Under the pieces are notes generated by a model, which did not search any database, was not told where the DNA came from, and saw only the letters and a list, made by a program, of their open reading frames with translations. Of a stretch of 38,412 nt of DNA, positions 32,195 to 38,412 are shown one piece after another. Source of the stretch: Actinomycetota bacterium (GTDB taxonomy: Bacteria > Actinomycetota > CADDZG01 > WHSQ01); contig JBOGWY010000297.1 of NCBI GenBank assembly GCA_050694015.1, positions 1 through 38,412 of the forward strand. Direction: 5' to 3'. Made by a program: the position numbers and the translations under genes. Position 1 is the first letter of the stretch. Each line of letters starts with the position of its first letter.

Positions 32195-33232
32195 ATGGAA
32201 ACCAACACCGACACCCAGAAGTCCGTCGAGCCGACCGAAGAAGAAGCGACCGAAACGGCGGCGACCGAACAGCCCGACGTCGCCGAGGTCGGCGCCCCGC
32301 AGCCGCAGCCGGATGCCTCCGCGCCCGAGGATGTCGCGGCAACGGATGACGACGAAGACGAGGACACCTCCGAGGACACGTCGGAAGACACGAGCGACGA
32401 CGAAGCCGACGGTGCGGAAGCGGCATCCGAGGCCACCGATGAGGTTGCCGAACCCGCTGCAGAGGCAGACGAGGTCCCCGCGGCGCAGGCCGATGTCACC
32501 GCGACGGCCGTAGGGCCCGCCGCAACCGAGGCCGACATCGCCGAAGCTCCGGCAGCCGAGGCACCCGAAGCCGAAGTCCCGACGGCCGAGGCGACCGAGG
32601 CACCCGAGACGCCCGAGGCCGAAGCTCAGACCGAAGAGGCTGCGGCCGACGAGGATCGTCCGGAAGAGTTCTACGCCGACGACCAGTCGATCCCGCCGAC
32701 CGAGCGGCCCGGCGACTGGTACGTGATCCACACCTATGCCGGTTACGAGAACAAGGTGAAGGCCAACCTGCAGTCCCGTATCTCGTCGATGAACGTCGAG
32801 GACCGCGTCTTCGAGGTCGTCATCCCGATGGAAGACGTGATGGAGATCAAGCAGGGGAAGAAGCAGGTCGTCCAGAAGAAGGTCTTCCCCGGCTACCTCT
32901 TGTGCCGCATGTACCTCGACGACGACTCCTGGTACGTCGTGCGGAACACGCCGGGCGTCACCGGTTTCGTCGGCTCCGGCGCGAAGCCCACGCCTTTGTC
33001 CGACAAAGAGGTCGACCGCATCCTGCAGGTCAAGGCGGATCAGAAGAAGCTCAAGCCCCGTCTGGAATTCGAAGAGCAGGAGAGCGTTCGAGTCACTTCG
33101 GGACCGTTCGCGAACTTCACCGGTTCGATCTCGGAGATCAACGTCGATCAGTCGAAGCTCAAGGTGCTGGTCAATATCTTCGGACGAGAGACGCCGGTCG
33201 AGCTCGGCTTCGACCAGGTCGCCAAGCTTTAG
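32195..33232 (+). CDS. nusG: Transcription termination/antitermination factor NusG with an acidic N-terminal extension of about 165 aa
   Basis: NGN domain [14 protein letters not shown]... and KOW domain [40 protein letters not shown]. Confidence 0.93.
   Translation: METNTDTQKSVEPTEEEATETAATEQPDVAEVGAPQPQPDASAPEDVAATDDDEDEDTSEDTSEDTSDDEADGAEAASEATDEVAEPAAEADEVPAAQADVTATAVGPAATEADIAEAPAAEAPEAEVPTAEATEAPETPEAEAQTEEAAADEDRPEEFYADDQSIPPTERPGDWYVIHTYAGYENKVKANLQSRISSMNVEDRVFEVVIPMEDVMEIKQGKKQVVQKKVFPGYLLCRMYLDDDSWYVVRNTPGVTGFVGSGAKPTPLSDKEVDRILQVKADQKKLKPRLEFEEQESVRVTSGPFANFTGSISEINVDQSKLKVLVNIFGRETPVELGFDQVAKL
32360..32395 (+). repeat. Three tandem 12-nt units ([12 protein letters not shown]) inside the NusG acidic extension
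   Basis: gaggacacctcc / gaggacacgtcg / gaagacacgagc. Confidence 0.8.
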
Positions 33233-33247
33233 TCGAAGGAGTCAGTC

Positions 33248-33694
33248 ATGCGTTCGCAAGGTGGAGGCGGAGGCCGCCGGAAGGTCGCCTCGATCCTGAA
33301 GCTTCAGATCCCCGCGGGCCAGGCCACGCCTGCTCCGCCGGTCGGTCCTGCCCTGGGGCAGGCCGGGATCAACATCATGGAGTTCTGCAAGCAGTACAAC
33401 GCCGCGACCCAGCAGCAGACCGGCACGATCGTGCCCGTCGAGATCACCGTCTTCGAGGACCGCTCGTTCACGTTCATCACGAAAACGCCCCCCGCGGCCG
33501 TGCTCCTGCGCCAGAAGGCCGGCGTCGACAAAGGCTCGAGCGAGCCGAACCGCACCAAGGTCGCGACCGTCACGAAAGACCAGGTGCGCGAGATCGCCGA
33601 GATCAAGATGCCGGACCTGAACGCGAACGACGTCGAAGCGGCGATGAAGATCGTGGAAGGTACCGCTCGCAGCATGGGCATCACCGTTCAATAA
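33248..33694 (+). CDS. rplK: 50S ribosomal protein L11
   Basis: [37 protein letters not shown]... SD GAAGGAG upstream. Confidence 0.96.
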   Translation: MRSQGGGGGRRKVASILKLQIPAGQATPAPPVGPALGQAGINIMEFCKQYNAATQQQTGTIVPVEITVFEDRSFTFITKTPPAAVLLRQKAGVDKGSSEPNRTKVATVTKDQVREIAEIKMPDLNANDVEAAMKIVEGTARSMGITVQ

Positions 33695-33771
33695 GTCGCA
33701 ATAAGTTGAATTACCCCTAGTTCGTGGGAGGTCCGCCACCGAGCCGACCGCTGACCACAAGGAGGAGAAGC

Positions 33772-34497
33772 ATGGGCAAGGCCGGTAAACGCTTCAAAGA
33801 GGCGTACTCCGCCGTCGACCGCGATCATCTCTACTCGCCGCGCGAAGCGATCAAGCTCCTCAAGCAGCTCCCCGAAGCGAAGTTCGACGAGACGATCGAA
33901 CTCTCGATCCGGCTGGGCGTCGATCCCCGCAAGGCCGACCAGATGGTTCGCGGGGCGGTGTCGCTCCCGAAGGGAACCGGTAAGACGATGCGCGTCGCCG
34001 TCTTCGCGAAGGGCGAGAACGCGTCGACGGCCGAAGCCGCGGGCGCAGAGGTCGTCGGTGACGACGATCTCGCCGAGCGCATCCAGGGCGGTTTCCTCGA
34101 CTTCGACGCCGTGATCGCGACCCCCGACATGATGCCGGTGGTCGGCAAGCTCGGCCGCGTGCTCGGCCCTCGCGGTCTCATGCCGAACCCGAAATCCGGC
34201 ACCGTGACCGACGACGTCGCCAAAGCCGTGAACGACATCAAGGGCGGTCGTGTCGAGTACCGCACCGACAAGGTCGGGAACCTTCATCTGATCATCGGCA
34301 AGAAGTCGTTCGGAGAAGCCGATCTGGTCGAGAACTACGCCGCGGTGATCGACGAGGTATACCGCGCCAAGCCGGCGGCGGCGAAAGGTCGCTACCTAAA
34401 GAGCGTCACGATGGCTTCGACGATGGGTCCGGGGATCAAGATCGATCCGCAGAAGTCGAAGGACCTCGCCGAAGAGATGGAAGACGCGCTGACCTGA
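33772..34497 (+). CDS. rplA: 50S ribosomal protein L1
   Basis: [11 protein letters not shown]...[34 protein letters not shown]... SD AAGGAGGAG upstream of ATG 33772. Confidence 0.96.
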   Translation: MGKAGKRFKEAYSAVDRDHLYSPREAIKLLKQLPEAKFDETIELSIRLGVDPRKADQMVRGAVSLPKGTGKTMRVAVFAKGENASTAEAAGAEVVGDDDLAERIQGGFLDFDAVIATPDMMPVVGKLGRVLGPRGLMPNPKSGTVTDDVAKAVNDIKGGRVEYRTDKVGNLHLIIGKKSFGEADLVENYAAVIDEVYRAKPAAAKGRYLKSVTMASTMGPGIKIDPQKSKDLAEEMEDALT

Positions 34498-35066
34498 TGC
34501 AGGACCCCCGCGGCCCGGTGAACCATGCGATCGCCGACGCGGCGGCAACGCTCGGTGTCCTCGCGGACATCGATCGCTTCAAGGTGATCTCTGCGATCGC
34601 GCTCGGAGCCGGTGACATCTCCGCGATCGCGGAGAGTTCCGGGATCCCTATGAGGTCCGTCGAGAAGGCGCTGTCGCGTCTCGTCGCCGCGGACCTCATC
34701 ACCAACGACATCGGCCGTTGGCGGGTTCGTTTCGACGAGTTGCAGCTGCAGGCGCGTGAGGCGGCCGCCGAGCGCGCCGCCGCGGACACCGGCCCGGAGG
34801 GTGCCGCCGACGTCGTGCGACGCTTCTTCAAGCATGGCCGGTTGACGTTCATCCCGGCATCGCATTCCAAGCGAGTCGCGGTGCTCGACCACCTCGTCCA
34901 GGTCTTCGAGCCGGGTCGCGTCTACCCGGAGGGCGAGTTGAACGAGAGGCTCTCTGCGTTCCATGAGGACTACGCGTCTCTGCGTCGCTACATGGTGGAG
35001 GAGGGCCTCCTCGATCGCGCCGATAACAAGTACTGGCGTACGGGAGGGACGTTCGAGGTCGACTGA
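34497..35066 (+). CDS. ArsR-like winged-HTH / DUF2087 domain protein
   Basis: N-terminal HTH (DRFKVISAIALGAGDISAIAESSGIPMRSVEKALSRLV). The C-terminal FFKHGRLTFIPASHSKRVAVLDHLVQVFEPGRVYPEGELNERLSAFHEDYASLRRYMVEEGLLDR matches the DUF2087 pattern. TGATG overlap with the rplA stop. Confidence 0.7.
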   Translation: MQDPRGPVNHAIADAAATLGVLADIDRFKVISAIALGAGDISAIAESSGIPMRSVEKALSRLVAADLITNDIGRWRVRFDELQLQAREAAAERAAADTGPEGAADVVRRFFKHGRLTFIPASHSKRVAVLDHLVQVFEPGRVYPEGELNERLSAFHEDYASLRRYMVEEGLLDRADNKYWRTGGTFEVD

Positions 35067-35214
35067 CGCTGTTATCCTGACCCCGTCACCCGAGACCGCC
35101 GGCATGCGGCTAGTCCGTTAGAAGCCCGGCGCAGGCGACGAGAGCGAGATCTCCTTTTCGCGACCGTCCATGCTCGGGCGGTCGTTTTTCGTTGTGACAG
35201 AGATGAGGAGCAAT
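35067..35214 (+). promoter_or_regulatory. rplJ (L10) leader region containing an attenuator-type terminator hairpin
   Basis: 148-nt untranslated spacer before rplJ. 9-bp stem (35161-35169 / 35176-35184), 6-nt loop, T5 (35185-35189), located 25 nt upstream of ATG 35215. Confidence 0.55.
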
Positions 35215-35949
35215 ATGGCCAGACCAGAAAAGACCGCCGCGGTCGCCGAGATCACGGAGCGTTTCAATGCCTCGGACGCGGTGATCCTTACCGAGTACCG
35301 CGGCTTGCGCGTCGGCGAGATCGCCGATGTGCGTGGAGCGCTGCGCGATGCCGGCACCGACTACAAGGTCCTGAAGAACACACTCACGCGGATCGCCGTG
35401 CGCGAGGTTGGCCTCGAAGAGCTCGTCGCGATGCTCGAAGGACCGACCGCGATCGCGTTCATCAAGGGAGACGCGGTCGAGGCGGCGAAGGCTCTCGACG
35501 ACGCGGCGAAGAAGTACCCCGTGCTCGTCATCAAGGGCGGCGTCATGCAGGGCAAGGTCATCGACGCCGACCAGGCGCGTGCGCTGGCCAAGCTCGAGTC
35601 GCGTGAGGTTCAGCTCGCCAAGATCGTGATGATGGTGAACACGCCGCTGCAGCAGACGGCGAACGTGCTGTCCGCGCTGCTCCGGGACTTCGGCTCGATG
35701 CTGGCACAGGTCGTTGCCAAGAAGGAGTCGGGCGAGGTGCCGGGTGGGACCGGCGAAGCCGCACCCACCGCCGAGACGGGCCCTGCTCCGAAGACCGATG
35801 CAACGCCGGAGTCGACCGACGCGGGCGATGCAACGCAGGAGTCGACCGAAGGCGGGACCGAGGATGCAACTCCCGAAGCGTCGGCGGAGGAAGCCGCACC
35901 AGAAGCGAACGAAGACTCATCCGAAGCGACAGAAGAAGGAAAGGAGTAA
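35215..35949 (+). CDS. rplJ: 50S ribosomal protein L10 with an acidic C-terminal extension of about 70 aa
   Basis: MARPEKTAAVAEITERF...TEYRGLRVGEIADVR... The core ends around ...LAQVVAKKE, followed by a low-complexity E/T/A/P/D tail. Confidence 0.9.
   Translation: MARPEKTAAVAEITERFNASDAVILTEYRGLRVGEIADVRGALRDAGTDYKVLKNTLTRIAVREVGLEELVAMLEGPTAIAFIKGDAVEAAKALDDAAKKYPVLVIKGGVMQGKVIDADQARALAKLESREVQLAKIVMMVNTPLQQTANVLSALLRDFGSMLAQVVAKKESGEVPGGTGEAAPTAETGPAPKTDATPESTDAGDATQESTEGGTEDATPEASAEEAAPEANEDSSEATEEGKE
35797..35856 (+). repeat. Tandem 30-nt duplication (DATPESTDAG / DATQESTEGG) in the L10 acidic tail
   Basis: Units 35797-35826 and 35827-35856 match at 25 of 30 positions by hand alignment (22 of the first 23). 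Confidence 0.8.
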
Positions 35950-35952
35950 CCC

Positions 35953-36345
35953 ATGGCGACCCTGTCCCAGGACGACGTACTCGAGGCGATCGGTAGCTGG
36001 ACGGTTCTCGAACTCTCGGAGTTCGTGAAGGCGTTCGAAGAGAAGTTCGGAGTGACCGCGGCGGCTCCCATGGCCGTTGCCGCAGCCCCCGCCGGTGCCG
36101 GTGGCGGCGATGGTGCCGCAGCAGCCGAGGAGAAGGACGAGTTCGACGTCGTCCTCTCGGCGGCCGGCGACAAGAAGATCCAGGTCATCAAGGAGGTCCG
36201 CTCGCTCACGAGCCTCGGCCTCAAGGAGGCGAAGGATCTCGTCGACTCGGCACCGAAGCCGGTGCTCGAGAACGTGCCGAAGGAGCAGGCCGAAGAAGCC
36301 AAGGCCAAGCTCGAAGGCGCGGGTGCGACCGTCGAACTGAAGTAG
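35953..36345 (+). CDS. rplL: 50S ribosomal protein L7/L12
   Basis: ...[22 protein letters not shown]..., Ala/Gly hinge, [34 protein letters not shown]...[12 protein letters not shown]. Confidence 0.96.
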   Translation: MATLSQDDVLEAIGSWTVLELSEFVKAFEEKFGVTAAAPMAVAAAPAGAGGGDGAAAAEEKDEFDVVLSAAGDKKIQVIKEVRSLTSLGLKEAKDLVDSAPKPVLENVPKEQAEEAKAKLEGAGATVELK

Positions 36346-36367
36346 AACTCGATCCAGAAACGGAACT

Positions 36368-36393
36368 GGGGGCGCTCCGGGCGCCCCCTTTTT
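36368..36393 (+). terminator. Intrinsic terminator after rplL
   Basis: 8-bp GC stem gggggcgc / gcgccccc, loop tccgg, followed by ttttt. Confidence 0.8.
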
Positions 36394-36531
36394 CGTGTCG
36401 CAGAGAGGAGATCGCGATGGAATAGTCCTGACGCGGTCTCCGACATATCCGTCCGATATCCGGCCATATAGGGCCGCTGCACGGACAGATCTGTCCGATC
36501 TGCCTGCATAGACCGCAGATAACCTGGACAG

Positions 36532-36996
36532 ATGTCCCAGCGGGTGGGCCTCGACGAGCGTCGCAAGGTGTTTGGCCTTTTCGGCATCCTCGGGTTGGTC
36601 GTCGTGGGACTGATGCACCCGGTCGCCGCTCTGTTCGAGCAGCGCGCGGATCCGGATGTCTTGACCGCCGTCCTCTTAGGGGCGCTCGCCGTCGAGATCC
36701 CGGCGCTCTCCCTCTTCCTCTTCACCCCATCCCAAGGGAGCAAGATGAGAGCACGGCTGGCGGAGCAGGGCCAGACCAACGAGCCCGCCGTGGTACGGGC
36801 CGCGTCCCTCCTCGCTGCCGCTCTAGCGCTGTCGCCGATCGTGGTGGGCATTGTTCTGCTGATCCTCAGTGGGGACCTGTGGCGGCTCTACGCCTTTACG
36901 CTGCTGTCGCTCGCGGGAGCTGCCATATACTGGAACCGCCTCGGAACCGTGTTTGAGGGCACTCTGCCCCCCACCGCCCCGAAACCAGGGGGTTGA
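36532..36996 (+). CDS. Hypothetical small membrane protein (about 4 predicted TM segments)
   Basis: Hydrophobic segments FGLFGILGLVVVGLM, VLLGALAVEIPALSLFLF, LLAAALALSPIVVGIVLLIL, LYAFTLLSLAGAAIYW. No family recognised. Confidence 0.5.
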   Translation: MSQRVGLDERRKVFGLFGILGLVVVGLMHPVAALFEQRADPDVLTAVLLGALAVEIPALSLFLFTPSQGSKMRARLAEQGQTNEPAVVRAASLLAAALALSPIVVGIVLLILSGDLWRLYAFTLLSLAGAAIYWNRLGTVFEGTLPPTAPKPGG

Positions 36997-37189
36997 CGGG
37001 AATAAAAGTCGGGCTTAGTCTGTTCGATTGCTGTGCCCAGCCCCCACTCCGATCGCAACGCACGGTCGCGCGGCTAAGAACCGCCCTGTGCGTACCGGTG
37101 AAGGGGGAAGGTCTTTAAGAGGAAAAAGGGGCCCTCGCTAAGACCCGGATCCGACAAGCCCTCATAGGCAACCACATACAGGAGGCTGA

Positions 37190-38412
37190 GTGTCTAACGC
37201 GCTGCGCGAACGCCGTACTTTTGCCAAGCTTGCCGAAGTCCTCCCGCCCCCGAATCTCATCTCCGTCCAGAAGGAATCATTTGATTGGTTCCTCGACACT
37301 GGGCTGGGCGAGACTCTGCGGGACATCTCTCCGGTCGAGGACTTCACCGGGAATCTAGCGCTGCAGTTCCTTTCGCACCGCTTCGAGGACCCGAAGTTCG
37401 ACGAGGACGAATGCAAAGAGAAGGACATGACCTTCTCCCGTCCGCTCTTCGTCACCGCCGCCTTCATCAACAAGGAGACCGGCGAGATAAAGGAGCAGAC
37501 GGTCTTCATGGGCGACTTCCCGATGATGACCGAGAAGGGCACGTTCATCATCAACGGCACGGAGCGCGTTGTTGTCTCCCAGCTCGTCCGGAGTCCCGGC
37601 GTCTACTTCGACAAGTCGATCGACAAGACGTCGGACAAGGACATCTACGCGTGCAAGATCATCCCCGCACGCGGTGCATGGCTCGAGTTCGAAACCGACA
37701 AGAAGGACATGGTCGGCGTTCGTATCGACCGCAAGCGTCGTCAGAACGTAACCGTCCTGCTGAAGGCACTCGGTTACGGCGATGACCAGGCGATCCTCGA
37801 CATGTTCGACGGTGCCGAGTCGATCGCGGCGACCCTCGAGAAGGATGCGATCCAGACCGAGGAAGACGCGCTGATGGACATCTACCGCAAGCTCCGGCCG
37901 GGTGAGCCTCCGACGGTCGAGAGCGCGCGGGCACTGCTCGAGAACCTGTTCTTCAACTCAAAGCGCTACGACCTCGCGCGCGTGGGTCGTTACAAGGTCA
38001 ACAAGAAGCTCGGCTTCAAGCACGACGAGAAGACGATCCAGGAGTTCGGACCCGTCCTCCGCAAGGAAGACATCGTCGAGACGATCCGCTACCTCGTGAA
38101 CCTGCACGGTCAGGACCACGCGGACCCGCGCTTCCGTCTCGAGGTCGATCCCGACAAGCACTACGAGACCGACGACATCGATCACTTCGGCAACCGTCGC
38201 ATCCGTCCCGTCGGCGAGCTGATCCAGAACCAGATCCGCGTCGGGCTCTCTCGTATGGAGCGCGTCGTGCGCGAGCGCATGACGACCCAAGACGTCGAGG
38301 CGATCACACCGCAGACGCTGATCAACATCCGTCCGGTCGTTGCCTCGATCAAGGAGTTCTTCGGGTCGAGCCAGCTGAGTCAGTTCATGGACCAGACGAA
38401 CCCGCTCGCCGG
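37190..38412 (+). CDS. rpoB: DNA-directed RNA polymerase subunit beta, N-terminal part (runs off the 3' end of the window; not in the supplied ORF track)
   Basis: My translation from GTG 37190: [14 protein letters not shown]...[14 protein letters not shown]...[31 protein letters not shown]...[17 protein letters not shown]... SD CAGGAGG lies 4 nt upstream. Confidence 0.95.
   Translation, partial: MSNALRERRTFAKLAEVLPPPNLISVQKESFDWFLDTGLGETLRDISPVEDFTGNLALQFLSHRFEDPKFDEDECKEKDMTFSRPLFVTAAFINKETGEIKEQTVFMGDFPMMTEKGTFIINGTERVVVSQLVRSPGVYFDKSIDKTSDKDIYACKIIPARGAWLEFETDKKDMVGVRIDRKRRQNVTVLLKALGYGDDQAILDMFDGAESIAATLEKDAIQTEEDALMDIYRKLRPGEPPTVESARALLENLFFNSKRYDLARVGRYKVNKKLGFKHDEKTIQEFGPVLRKEDIVETIRYLVNLHGQDHADPRFRLEVDPDKHYETDDIDHFGNRRIRPVGELIQNQIRVGLSRMERVVRERMTTQDVEAITPQTLINIRPVVASIKEFFGSSQLSQFMDQTNPLA

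Noticed and set aside
32195-32700. Short tandem repeats considered as CRISPR- or VNTR-like non-coding arrays
   Set aside because: They lie in frame within nusG (and similarly within rplJ) and encode acidic low-complexity peptide. There is no repeat-spacer architecture.
33695-33771. L1-binding regulatory mimic in the rplK-rplA spacer
   Set aside because: I could not match the spacer to the 23S rRNA L1-stalk motif by eye, so no claim is made.

Overview
High-GC (about 65%), gene-dense bacterial chromosomal window, mostly transcribed on the + strand. The backbone is the conserved housekeeping array coaX-lysS / clpC / radA-carD-ispD-ispF-cysS-rlmB-(Spo0H-type sigma) / tRNA-Thr / tRNA-Trp / secE-nusG-rplK-rplA / rplJ-rplL / rpoB. 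Accessory blocks interrupt it. (i) A solitary type-1 solute-binding lipoprotein sits between lysS and clpC. (ii) A TetR regulator is divergent from a MacB/FtsX-type ABC exporter, with a clear operator. (iii) An ~11.7 kb block lies between tRNA-Thr and tRNA-Trp: gdh, DUF3263, LytR_C, a lipoprotein, otsB/otsA, an AI-2E transporter, gpgS, a ThrC-like enzyme with a MoaD/ThiS-like sulfur carrier, a thioredoxin-like protein with a DUF4395 membrane protein, an orphan receiver, and an ECF sigma with a zinc-binding (ZAS) anti-sigma. (iv) A Na/Pi-cotransporter-like membrane protein and an LVIVD beta-propeller lie between tRNA-Trp and secE. (v) An ArsR-HTH/DUF2087 gene is wedged between rplA and rplJ. 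(vi) A small membrane protein precedes rpoB. CarD, DUF3263, LytR_C, GpgS and many TANNNT boxes 6-7 nt upstream of start codons (leaderless-type promoters) suggest a deep-branching actinobacterium-like organism; this is inference. It nevertheless carries a sigma factor strikingly like Bacillus Spo0H/SigH at the Firmicute position. The most interesting observation is that the DUF4395 gene has an in-frame TGA where the first Cys of the family's C-terminal CxxC should be. The frame continues (LGCEVYLL...) to a TAA that directly abuts the GTG of the thioredoxin-like gene, so this is a candidate UxxC selenoprotein. Other points: lysS and ispD have conserved N-terminal coding sequence upstream of any in-frame ATG/GTG/TTG; a lower-GC PD-(D/E)xK endonuclease-like ORF overlaps tRNA-Thr; rplJ has an attenuator-type leader; NusG and L10 carry tandem-repeat acidic tails. 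No CRISPR array, IS element or rRNA gene was seen.
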